Source: Pseudogymnoascus verrucosus (Eukaryota). From it: a DNA stretch of 64,000 nt. The translations under genes were made by a program, and so were the position numbers. The DNA is taken from the NCBI GenBank assembly GCA_001662655.1, contig KV460215.1; one strand, written 5' to 3'. Shown here piece after piece: positions 38,440 through 49,720 of this stretch. The notes beneath the pieces were generated by a model. That model was given only the letters and a program-made list of their open reading frames with translations, was not told the origin of the DNA and made no database searches. Within the stretch, counting starts at the first letter, position 1. Each line of letters opens with the position of its first letter.

Positions 38440-38697
38440 AAAAGGGTGCCTTTAGTATAGTAGGTGCCTTTTAAATAAGATGCCTTTAATAAGAAGGCTG
38501 CCTTCTATATAGCAGGTGCCTTTTGAAGAAGGTGCCTTAGATAAGATGGGTGCCTTTAATGTAGCAGGTGCCTTTTGAGGAGGGTGCCTACAAAAAGCCT
38601 GGTACCTTTTAGGAAAGGTGCCTGCGAAAATGCAGGTACCTGCCTTTTTTAAGGGTACCTTTCTAAAAAGGTACCTTTTTTATCGCAGGCACCCTTT
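38440..38697. repeat. Array of about 15 GGT(G/A)CC motifs with embedded palindromes
   Basis: AGGTGCCTTT-like units every ~16-20 bp; palindromes GCAGGTACCTGC 38632-38643 and AAAAAGGTACCTTTTT 38665-38680. Confidence 0.8.
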
Positions 38698-38744
38698 GAT
38701 ATTTGAGCACTAAAGAAAGCAGGTGGAGAGACAGCATTGAGCAA

Positions 38745-38783
38745 GTGAGTACGTGAGCACGTGAGCACGTGAGCACGTGAGCA
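38745..38783. repeat. 8-bp tandem repeat (GTGAGCAC)x~5
   Basis: gtgagtac gtgagcac gtgagcac gtgagcac gtgagca. Confidence 0.85.
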
Positions 38784-39699
38784 CATACGCAGGTTATAAA
38801 TTATTGCACGACGCTGGGCTTTTCAATTTCACTTTCATCGGCCTTGATTGAATGATCAAACCTGGCCCCTGTGTTTTTGGAGGGCCCATGTTTGAGGGTG
38901 GCCAGCCACAGGCTGCCCCGGCGCCCCAGCCCCATCACCCCATCACCCCACCACCCATGCACCACGTTTGATGATTCGATTAACCTTTGTACCGGCCGGC
39001 AACACCCACTGAGTGAACCCATCACCACCCAATTCAGAACGCTTTGGCTTCTCACCTTCTACTCGTTGCAGAGCTGTCACTATACTACAGTTCAGACACA
39101 GCTGTCGTTCGAACGACCTTCGACACTTGCTATGGCGGATGAAGCATCTAACCAGCGCCACAAGCGATGTCATGCCGATGAGAGCGCCGACCAGTTGGCT
39201 AGTTCACGGTGTCAGGGAGTGCATACGAGGAACAGGCATAAGCAGGACCAAAAAATGAGCCTGAAGAAGGTCGCTTCACGCCACGATTGTTGAGCGTGGT
39301 ACTTGCGTCAGTAGCCGCGGTGTACCAAATCGACCTCTTACCAGAATCCTTCCTGTCAACGGCCAGCAAGCAAACATTGGGGAACTCTAAATCGGGACCA
39401 GTTAGGAATGCAGAATGATATCGTGGATCACTTTAGCTGCACTGGGTCTCGAACTTCAAAGTGGCTTGGTCAGATGTCTGACGAATCCCTAGAGACGCTC
39501 TCGCAAAATAAAGTAGCTAACTCGTCTACCTCTTACGAATTGGGCAGCTTACAAGCAACCAGACAAGCTAAATGTAGGGTTTTGAAGCGTGGACCGGGGA
39601 TTATATCCTAACGAAGTGCTTTGTATTGAAGAGCAGAAACTGACTGTACTGACTATCAATTAACGATTGGCATTCAATACAACCAATTTCTCATTGCCA

Positions 39700-41430
39700 A
39701 CCTATGTTCGAACTTCCTTTGAATTTCTCTGACTGTGGCCTCCTCGCCTAGTATTATGCAGCTCCTACTTTGCATTCTCCATCACCTCTTTGAAATAATC
39801 GCTCCTTTCCTCTTACGCCTCCTTTCCGCGCACTATCAATGGAGAGAACTCAGGCAGTCCGGTACCATGATGAATGCACCTTTCATTTGTGCGAAGTTCG
39901 TGATCAGTCTCTAGCGGGAAGCTTCCGGGTACGGCATTGTCGTTTTTAATCAGTCGTGCTGTTTCCCAGGCTATGACTCGTGGAAAGAGAATGATGATTT
40001 GAGGATGGGTCCTAGAGATTACGTCAAGATTCTTTTCATTGTGGCCTAGCGGGTCAAAATTCTAGGACCGCCATTCTTCCCGATGTTCTGGTTCCAACAA
40101 CGGAGTCACTGTGATTTTTAACTTGCCGCTTTGAGTATTGTTCTAAACGTCGATGGCTGAATTGGCAAGCGTGCGGAGATCTTTTTGCAGACTCTCGTTC
40201 TGAGATGGACTGACTAAGGGAGACAGGACAGACAAGACTCTGGAAATGACATGATCGGCTCTGACTGATTGAGTTATATGAGGGTAATCCGGGGCATGAG
40301 GCGACATTAGGTTAACAGGTAACGTTTCGAGAGCTCGCATCGTCAATGCTGTCCAGACTTTTGCTACGCGCCCGTCAGGATTGTACTTAAGTAATTCATC
40401 CGATAGCTTAACGAGGAGGCTATTGAATTCTAGGTGTAAGAGTGTGAACTCTAAGCGAAGTGGTTTCTAGACGTATTCACATATCGCATTAGAGATGATG
40501 CGTTAAGCATGAGCGGTGCGGAGGTCCTGTGAATCATCGCTATCATCGATTGGGACGGAGCTAAAAGAGGGGTCTTCTGCGACCAATTTCTCATGCACTA
40601 TTTCGAGGTCCTGATATGCAGTAAGAGAACAAAGTAGATGAAGGGCGTTCACCTTTCCGTCTATGTCGTGGAAGTATTTAAGAGATATTCTTTCAATCGA
40701 TCCTTGAATCTCCCAAAATCTCTTCTCACTGCCTTCTGTTAGTGGGGTATTCTTTTGTTAGGTGAGGTAAGGGATCAAATGCATACAAATACTCCTTTGG
40801 TTTAGAATTCAGTCCGAAGTCCTCTTTTATTAGTTTTAGCTCCATCTTTAGCTCTCCCATGTCGTTCTTAACTAACCTATTGCCCTTTTTAATATGTCGC
40901 ACTGCTCAATAGTTTGCTGTAGCGTCTCAGACTGGACCTTAGCGCTTCTCTTTTCCTCCTCCATTGTCCGTAGGAGCTGCTGCTTCTCAGTCTCTAGAGC
41001 GGTCAGCCTCCTGTCATTTATGACTCTTTCCCCAGCAAATCCATCTTCTATCTCCTTCTTGCGCTTATCGCAACTTTGGACAACCTCTTTTGTAAGCTCA
41101 TTATACTCATTTTCTAATTTCAGCCTTTCTTCTGCCATAATCGCAGCGACTCTCTTCTCCTGTTTCAACCTCTCTTAGTCCAGCTCTTTTTCCCTCTTAT
41201 CTAGCTATTTTTCTCTCCCAAGAATGTTAGCATCCCTTTTCATATTCCTTATGGTCAAGGTAGTAATAGTATTATCCTGTTTCTCTATCTCGATGTCCTT
41301 CTCCCTACATTCTTTTTCTAGCACAGTAAGCGTATTCATCATTTCATCCATCTTCGCAAGCTCATCCCTGTGAGATGCAAACTTGACTTGCAGGTCTTTA
41401 ATTGCACAGTTGGTGGCCTTACTTAATTAC
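39700..41430 (-). pseudogene. Coiled-coil protein pseudogene with several premature stops
   Basis: Frame reads KATNCAIKDLQVKF..GREK*LDKREKELD*ERLKQEKR.., with downstream exons VWTALTMRALE..LANSAIDV* and ILFPRVIA..VPGSFP..CIHHGTGL. Stops are TAG/TAA at likely CAG/CAA/TGG positions. Confidence 0.7.
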
Positions 41431-41530
41431 TTAGATAGCTAGTAGTATTCTACCCTCTTTATTAGAGTATTAGGCTTATATTAGTAATAGCATAGTTAAC
41501 TATAGTTAAGTTTACATATTCTAGTGTTTT

Positions 41531-41600
41531 CGTGCCTTACTTGCTTATGTGCCTTACTTGCTTATGTGCCTTACTTGCTTATGTGCCTTACTCACTTATG
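41531..41600. repeat. 17-bp tandem repeat (GTGCCTTACTTGCTTAT)x4
   Basis: Directly visible; the last copy is variant. Confidence 0.9.
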
Positions 41601-41653
41601 AAATACGTTAGTAAATTATATATAAAGTGGCTTAAAGTAAAAAGATAGAAATA

Positions 41654-44103
41654 CAGTGTTGCCCGAGTACTACTCTGAATACTCGAGTACTGCCAAGCCC
41701 TTGGCAAAGAGGGGTAATATAGATTGTAGAATAGATAATTGAAGCTTCTCCTTGAGCGTTCTGTATTACTTCCTGTAATGAGTGACTCTTCGCTGTCGCT
41801 GGTGCCGGCTGAGTATCAGTCTAATGCTTTAGAGCTGCCGCCCCTTATTCCAATGCCCCTTATTTCGATGCCGCATATGCCTCTAAGAGTTCAATTACCT
41901 GATTCTACATTAATACTCTTTTCCAAAAGACTATTCTACTGTACTTTATTAGATATAGTACCTGCTAGAATCTAATACCAATGCCTTCAAACCAATTGTG
42001 GATATACGCCGAGCTAGCCCCTAAAGAACCCAACGACGAGCAATCTATGGAAGCATCTTTAGAAGCAGCACCCATTGGTGCATGTAGAATACAATACAAT
42101 ATCTTCAATTCGAAGCTCATTAACACCCTCTACTTCTACTTCTGCTTTCTTCCAGCCCTGCTAAGCACCTAGTAATGCACTAAGTTCGTCGAAATATAGA
42201 GAGCTTGTTCTCTCTTTTATAGTATCAAATAACCTACCATTACGCCTTATTAAAAGCCAATCCTTCCGGCAATTAGTTCACTATCTAAATCCTACAGTCT
42301 TAACAGTTAGTAGAACTACAATTAGACGGGATCTATATCGACTATTCTGCTATCATAAAGCACGGCTTTAAGTAGAATTACAACAGCATATTACAAGCGG
42401 TGGACGACTAGCAATAACGACAGATACTTAGTCTGCTTAGAACTATTCTGAGTATGCAGCAGTTATAGTACACTAGATTAATGATAATTGGCAAATGAGA
42501 AATACCATACTTGACGTTATACACCTATAAGAGCCAATCCACTCTAGCGAATACCTTGCTGAACAGTTGATAAATGTGACAGACGATTACAGTATTACGC
42601 CTGCAATCTTTACTATTATAAGAGATAACGCCTCTACGAATACAACTATGCTATTAGAATACGAGAAGCTAGCTTCGGTACAACCTGTTACTCTAAAACA
42701 ACCATAGGCTTTTACAGCAAAAGTAGGAGACGTACGCTGTATTAGGCATATTATCAATATTGCTGTTTAAGCTGCTTTAGCCTCTTTAAAAGCAACACTA
42801 GATGAAGGCCTAGAGGCATATCGTCTTGAGATTAGGGCAGCACGAATACCACTTACTTCTAAAAATGATATCGTCACTGTTCTTACTAAGCTCCGGCGTC
42901 ATATATATGTGTTTCGGAACCGCTGCAGATGGAAAGACGCCTTAAAGAATCAGTGTAAAGCTGCGAGTATTAAAGTCCGTCGGTTAACTCTTAATATGCT
43001 AGTCCGATGGAGCTTAACTTATCATATAATTAATATAGCTTTAAAGCTTTAGGTTCCAATTACAGCTTTATGCGCATCATAGCAACTTGATATTAGTATG
43101 AGAGATATTGCTTTAACAGCAGTAGACTAGGCTACGCTACATGACTTGTTAAAGCTATTCTATATCTTCGTCCGCCTAACTAAGAAGTTATAGGGCTCTT
43201 CTTATCCATCTCTCAACTACGCTGTTCCGCAGTATATGAGGATAATTAAGAAGCTTAAAGATATGAGAAGTAAGCTACTAGAACGAAGCCTAATTACTAC
43301 TGCTACTTCAATTGCGTTAAAGAAGCTTAATGATTACTATACTCTAGCTATAAATCAGCAACAGAGCCACTCTACAATTGCTACGATCTGTGATCCTCAG
43401 TATAACTTTAACGTCTTTAATATTATATGGAAAGATAGCACGCACTTAACTAAGAAGAATAGGGCAAAAGCATAGTGGCAGGACTGCTTCTATCGATATT
43501 TAGGCTGCGAGTCTGATATTCGAGTAGTAGACGTTATGAATAGTATTGAAGCTGAGGATCTAGATATAGAGCAAGCTATAAATATCGATATCGACTCAGA
43601 AGATGAGCTATACGTATCACAAAGCCGCTACAATATTGAGCTAGAATGGAAGCAATGGATGAAGGAGCCGACAGTTGGTAGGGATACAGATATTCTTAAG
43701 TATTAGTAGAGTAAGCAATACTAATATCCATTAATTGCTTCTATTACAAAGGATTACCTAGCTATTCCAGCTACCTTAGCAGACTCAGAACGAGTATTTA
43801 GTGTCGGTGGTGATATTATCACAAAGAAACGGAACCGATTATCGCCTTCTACACTTAGATATCTACTTTGCTTACGGAATTGGGGTGTTTTATCACAAGG
43901 CGACGACGAAGACAGCGGCGACGATGCAGATAATGAGAGTTAGAATAGTAATATACAGTTTTATATCAATATCTATTTTAAGCTCGAGTACTACTCGAGG
44001 TATTCGAGTACCGGTACTCGAATACCGGTATTCGAGCTTCAATTTTCAGTACTCTACTCGAGGATGCTCGAGTAGTACTCGGAGCGGTATTCGGGCAACA
44101 CTG
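41654..44103 (+). mobile_element. Complete hAT-superfamily DNA transposon, RIP-inactivated
   Basis: TIR CAGTGTTGCCCGA (13 bp perfect) at both ends; 8-bp TSD TAGAAATA at 41646-41653 and 44104-44111; subterminal CTCGAGTA repeats; transposase remnants TTDT*SA, RDNA, RCIRHIINIAV and dimerisation motif DYLAIPATLADSERVFSVGG..RNRL..LLCLRNW; many TAG/TAA stops. Confidence 0.95.
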
Positions 44104-44334
44104 TAGAAATATAGTAGAATTTATCTAATAAATATATATATAAGCTTCCTTAAATGCTATATTAGCACCCCTAAAAATTTAACAGATGACATATATATAC
44201 AATGCTACTTATACTAGAAGTATTTAAATTTTGTATAGCTATAAAGTTGTTAATTACTTTAAAGAATGTAAATAGTAGCCTATATTAAAAGACATATAAA
44301 ATGAAAACGTTGCGATTTTAGTTAATTTACTAGA

Positions 44335-44675
44335 GGAGTATTTACACTGCAGTGTTTTAGATTGATATGCAGCTTTCCTTACTTCTTAGCCAGCAACTTT
44401 GCAACACGTCATAATTATACTCCAAGGACTGTTGACAGCTGCATTGCGTTTCGCACAAAGCCTGTGAGCATTCACACTGTGGCATTTTAGATTGGTAGGT
44501 AGCTCCCCTTGCTTCTTAGCTAATACACGCCAGAATTTACACGCCAGCGACTATTGGCAGCTGCGTGGAATTGTCTACAAAGCCTTCGAGACAGAATTTA
44601 CACTGCAGTGTTTCAGATTAGCAGGCAACTATATGATCTCCTTACTTCTCAGTTACACGTCAGAGTTTAATAAGC
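44335..44675. repeat. Three degenerate ~128-bp direct repeats
   Basis: TTTACACTGCAGTGTTTTAGATT..CCTTACTTCTTAG variants start at ~44341, ~44471 and ~44597. Confidence 0.7.
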
Positions 44676-44890
44676 TAAACTCAGTTTACACTCTAATAAT
44701 GATTGACTGTCGTATTACGCCATATTCTCCGTGCATTATGCACCCCTAGTTAACATTTCCTTTTAGTAAGCTGGTTGAGTATAACACGTATTAAAATATG
44801 TATAAGTAAAGAAGTCCCCCATAGAAAGAATCTAAAACAATTTAACTTCGACATCAGGTTAATTATCTTTGGTTTCCTCTACATTTCAAT

Positions 44891-45395
44891 ATGAAAGACT
44901 TTGCTATCTTATTTGCCATTCTAGGCTTCTGCATTCAACATGCCAGTGCAGCTGTTATTCGGGCTCCAGCACATACCAGTAGCATTGAACTTACATCCAA
45001 CTCTTTTCCGATCAAGAAAAGCGCGACACATATCTTCGATGAAAGCGATTATTTAACCCCAACAGAAGGACACACAGAGGACGAATCTTTGTAAGTATAC
45101 TTCCAGCACTTCTTATAAATTCCGGGGCTAATAGAACTATAGTTCAGACCTTGCACTAAGAGCCGATGTGGAACCAAATAAATCACACACAGAACCATTG
45201 TCAAAACAATTACTAGCCGTAGTACGCCTCACTTAGTAAAGCCTATGAATTATATGTTGGACTATTTTACTAACTATTAAATTGTAGGTCAAGTGTATGT
45301 TCGAGGCCCTCCCAGGACTGACGTTTATCTCTGAGAGGGAGGTGGCCCAAAGCTCGGTAGTACAAGACCCCACCGGTTATTATAGAGTGTGCTAG
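44891..45395 (+). CDS. Small secreted protein, paralog B (3' end uncertain)
   Basis: Signal peptide MKDFAILFAILGFCIQHASA; introns 45091-45142 and 45222-45287; exon 2 SDLALR; exon 3 VKCMFE; TATA-like TATAAG at ~44801. Confidence 0.55.
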
Positions 45396-46502
45396 CTAAT
45401 GTTCTGGGTGCTCTAGAGCATTGAGAGTCTGTCTTCAAACACTCAAAATAATTGATTGGATAACAGAAAACCATATACGAACATACTTCAGATATTGGTA
45501 CGGTTTGGATAAATTTCCAGCCGATGAATTGGCTAAAAAAGCGGGTATATACCCGCTGTTGCCGAAGCCGAAGCTGAAGTGAGAAACCACAACTCCACTG
45601 CATGCGTGTAGCCCATTTGGTAGTGCGGGGGTTGATTACTTTATACCAGTATTCATATCCTAGGTGCTTTTTTGCCGCTGGCTTAGAGCCAGAGTGAAAT
45701 GCCTACATGTTAGCAAATCACAGTCTTTACAGCCGAATGATACATTACTGTCACTGCGAAATGTTTGGAAAAATGTATTTCTCCATGAAAGCAATTCATA
45801 TGTATGTCCATGTATTCTTTTATACGATTCATACAGTACAGGGCATATGAGAGTAATTTGGGTGCCGCAAGTCAGAGTACAGACCCAAGCCCATATATCC
45901 CCACACCATCCCCACAAACATCCCCACACGATTGCCATGTCCCACAATCCCAATCGCCAATCCCCTGAACGGATGACGCTGGCACCATGGCGTCCACGCG
46001 TCACATAAGTTAGGACTGTACCCTGCAACTACTTTCCTCATGTTTTCGCACATGACTTTATGCCAGGTAGAAAGCATCTTGCTGAAAGAGGGATGCTATG
46101 CGCTATTTGGATTTTCTGTAATTATTAATGCGCATTTGTGGTAGAACCGTTTTCGCCATTGGTACCATTTTTGAATCACCCTCATAGGAATTCCACTGGC
46201 AGACAGTGAAAATAGACTGCAAAACGAGGGTCTGTGAAGATAAAACTAAGCTCGTTTCTATCGCTACAGTGTGGGAACTTAATTTGATATGGATAAACCT
46301 CGCTTTTATCGGCCAAACTGCCGGGAACAAGCTTTGTGGAGACATGACATGCTACTAGCTTTCTATGGCTAATCCATAAGGACTGGGTTATATGAGGCCT
46401 AAGAACAAATTATATAAATATATGACATCGCTTCCCATTTCACAATTCACTCTCAACTGCATCACTGACGACGCAGCGCCGTTATCCTTTTCCCCAGCCA
46501 AC

Positions 46503-48233
46503 ATGGCGTACGCATCTTGGGTTATCACTTTAGCGGCATCCGTTGCCATCGCCCGAGCCACTACCATCGCTGAAGTCTGTACCCCATCTTACGTCCAGTC
46601 CTCGCTGGTCTTTGGCAGCCTTATCAATGGAATAGTAATTGACTCGTCATCGGTTACTGCCAATATAGTCACAGATGCCTCGGTCAACGGCGACAACAAT
46701 TTCCCCGATGCTGTGTTCGACTACTGCAATGTCACCTTTGCATACTCTCACAATGGAGCAGACGACCAGGTGCATGTGTGGTACTGGCTCCCAACTCCAG
46801 ATACCTTCAAGAACCGATACCTATCCACTGGTGGTGGTGGCTATGCTATAAACTCGGGTACCGGCTCTTTGCCAGGAGGTGTCACGTATGGTGCTGTTGC
46901 CGGTGCTACTGATGGCGGCTTCGGAAGTTTCAGTACGTCTTTTGATCAAGTTTGGCCTCTTGAGAATGGTACGGCCAACTGGGATGCGTTATATATGTTT
47001 GGTTATGAAGCCATCCACGAGCTGAGTGTGATTGGGAAAGAGTTTACGAAGCAATTTTTTAGTATGGGCGACACAAAGCTTTATTCATATTACCAAGGCT
47101 GCTCCGAAGGAGGTCGGGATGGATGGAGCCAAATCCAGCGGTTTGGCGATGAATGGGACGGCGCCATTACAGGAGCCCCAGCATTCCGCTTCGCCCATCA
47201 GCAAATTCAACATCTCTGGTCTAATGTCGTCGAGCAAAATCTCGACTACTACCCTCCATCATGCGAACTGGACAAGATTATCAATGAGACCATCGCAGCA
47301 TGCGACCCAATGGATGGTAAGACAGATGGTGTAGTAGCTCGGACTGATCTCTGCAAATTACATTTTGACCTGAGCTCGATTATCGGCAAACCTTACTCTT
47401 GCGCCGCAGCACCAGCTTCCCGATTTTCACCAGCCACTCCGGCGCAAAATGGTACCGTTACGGGCAAAGGAGTGGCTGTTGCCAAAGGAATCACCGATGG
47501 TGTGAAAGACACTCAAGGGCGCCAAGTTTATCTTTCCTACCAGCCTTCCGCTACCTTTGCTGACGCCCAAACGCAATATAACTCCGAAACCAATTCATGG
47601 GAGTTAAGTATAAGTAACTTTGCAGCCGAGTTTGTGTTACGGTTCGTGGATATGGTGGATAGCTCCACTTTCGCCAACATTGACGGTGTCACCGGCGATA
47701 CGCTCAGGGACTGGATACTCGAAAGTTGGCATAAATACGACGACTCTCTCCAGACAACTTGGCCTGATCTGACACCGTTCCATACTGCAGGTGGCAAGGT
47801 CCTCCATTTCCACGGTGAATCCGATAACAGCATTCCGGCCGCTTCGTCAGTACGATACCACGAATCCGTCCGCAAGATCATGTACCCAGATTTGAGCTTC
47901 AAAGATGGCAATACGGCGCTAAACGAGTGGTATCGCCTCTTCCTCGTCCCCGGTGCGGCACATTGCAGTCCTAACCCCACTCAGCCCAATGGGCCGTTCC
48001 CTCAGACTAATCTTGAGGTTCTCATTGACTGGGTCGAGAATGGTGTTGCACCTGCCACGCTCAATGCAACTGTGCTCCAAGGCGATCACATAGGTGAGAA
48101 CCAGCAGATCTGTCTCTGGCCATTGAGACCACGCTGGTCTCAAAATGGAAAGAAGATGGAATGCGAGTTTGATCAGGCTTCCATTGATACTTGGCTGTAT
48201 GAATTTGATGCTTTTAAGCTGCCGGTATACTGA
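46503..48233 (+). CDS. Secreted tannase / feruloyl esterase family protein
   Basis: Signal peptide, TGGGG, YYQGCSEGGRDG nucleophile motif, FHGESDNSIP and VPGAAHCS (CS-D-HC motif); intronless. Confidence 0.93.
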   Translation: MAYASWVITLAASVAIARATTIAEVCTPSYVQSSLVFGSLINGIVIDSSSVTANIVTDASVNGDNNFPDAVFDYCNVTFAYSHNGADDQVHVWYWLPTPDTFKNRYLSTGGGGYAINSGTGSLPGGVTYGAVAGATDGGFGSFSTSFDQVWPLENGTANWDALYMFGYEAIHELSVIGKEFTKQFFSMGDTKLYSYYQGCSEGGRDGWSQIQRFGDEWDGAITGAPAFRFAHQQIQHLWSNVVEQNLDYYPPSCELDKIINETIAACDPMDGKTDGVVARTDLCKLHFDLSSIIGKPYSCAAAPASRFSPATPAQNGTVTGKGVAVAKGITDGVKDTQGRQVYLSYQPSATFADAQTQYNSETNSWELSISNFAAEFVLRFVDMVDSSTFANIDGVTGDTLRDWILESWHKYDDSLQTTWPDLTPFHTAGGKVLHFHGESDNSIPAASSVRYHESVRKIMYPDLSFKDGNTALNEWYRLFLVPGAAHCSPNPTQPNGPFPQTNLEVLIDWVENGVAPATLNATVLQGDHIGENQQICLWPLRPRWSQNGKKMECEFDQASIDTWLYEFDAFKLPVY

Positions 48234-48524
48234 GAAGGCCAAGTTCAAGTTTTAGGTCGGCATGACGTCGGTTTGCGGTATTTGAAGACCACATCGGCCT
48301 TATTAAGATATTGTACATTCTAGCAGAGAGTTTTAACTATACTTGTGGCGATTGATCCTCTATTTGACTTGCTAACGCCATGGGAGATTTCCTCCAGCCT
48401 GACCAAAAGCCGTAATAGATACCATTTAAACCTATCCATGCACCATGGGAGATGTCCTTACCCCCTCCAAACGCCGTGAGATATTTCCTTTCCTCCAAAA
48501 ACTCCAATAATATAATATCTGATC

Positions 48525-49341
48525 TCATCGTTTCAACACGCTGCTGATTCCGTCCGCAAACAAAAATTTGGCATACCAACAATGAAACCAAGAGATACAC
48601 TCTGCCCAAGAAGGAACATTTTTGCTAGGGTTGCACCTGAAATGCTCCAGCCTCACCTCCACTTCGCCGTCTTCTAGCATATCCGCATCGCTAGCAGTCC
48701 CGGCAACATTTAAGCTGCCCAATTCGCTATCCTTCTCCGATTCCAGGCCCCTGTGAAGTGAGAATCTATGGCATCCCGCAAAATAGCCCCTGTCTGACCC
48801 AAACCCAAAATCAAGGTAGCTAGGAAGCGGGTCAGAGGGGGCCAATTTGAGATGCGAGTCGACAAGTTGAAATGCCCCAAATAAAATGTCTCCTACAGGC
48901 ATAAAGGACATAGCGGGGATATTGTGATGGTTCCACTCTATTCTCTCTGTCGGGAGACTCTTGAAGCCTATACTACTGTGAGCGGACAACTCCATACAAA
49001 CGAGATCCACGTGCTAGTAACTTACCGGAATATCCGGTTGGTATTGTCTTCCACCCGCCCAACTTCATGTAGAGCCGCTCAATAGCAAACACTTTCCCGC
49101 CGAAAAACCCGCGCGTAAACAAGGCCAAGACAGCTTCGTCGCTCAGGCCCGAGATAGATGATGCTGGTAAGCGCACTGATACTTGGTCGGTGACAATGAC
49201 ATGGTTCCGGGGATTTATGAGCTTGAATGTCGAAGATGTGAGAAGCTCCTGCGTCACGGGGTATGTGAAAACAAGGCTCCGGAGGATGGAGAGGAATGAT
49301 GGGTTTGCTGATGCCTGACGAAGACCCAGTATTGGAGGCAT
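48525..49341 (-). CDS. Conserved-looking fungal hypothetical protein, 2 exons
   Basis: ORFs 48973-49341 and 48525-49010 join through a GTAAGT..TAG intron (~49025-48968); motifs LALFTRGFFGG, GCHRFS, FHCWYAKFLFADG. Confidence 0.7.
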
Positions 49342-49720
49342 GATGTGATGTTATGAGATATTAGAAGTAATTATTATGATTATGGGATAAAACAAAGAAT
49401 TAAAAAAGAAAAGATGACGATGGAGAGTATGAGTCGAAAGTAAGCGGCAGAGAACGGGTTGCTTGGAATTCCGGATACCGATATCCGCCGATATTTTAGA
49501 TATCCACCTTTATTGCAGGGTTCCAAGGGACGGCCCGCACTGCACTCGCCGATCTAAACTGGTCTTTAGATCTCGATACAAACTATTTATCTTTTGACGA
49601 AGCTATAATAGCTAAAATTATCGTAGCAGAAATTCGAGAATATTGGTATTTCTACAATGTGCTAAAGCTCCAGAGTAATCGTATAACATGAACAATATAT
49701 GGTATACAAATTCTATCCGC

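Noticed and set aside
38440..38697. CRISPR-like appearance of the motif array
   Set aside because: Repeats are only 6-10 bp with ~10-bp linkers, the context is eukaryotic, and no cas genes are present.
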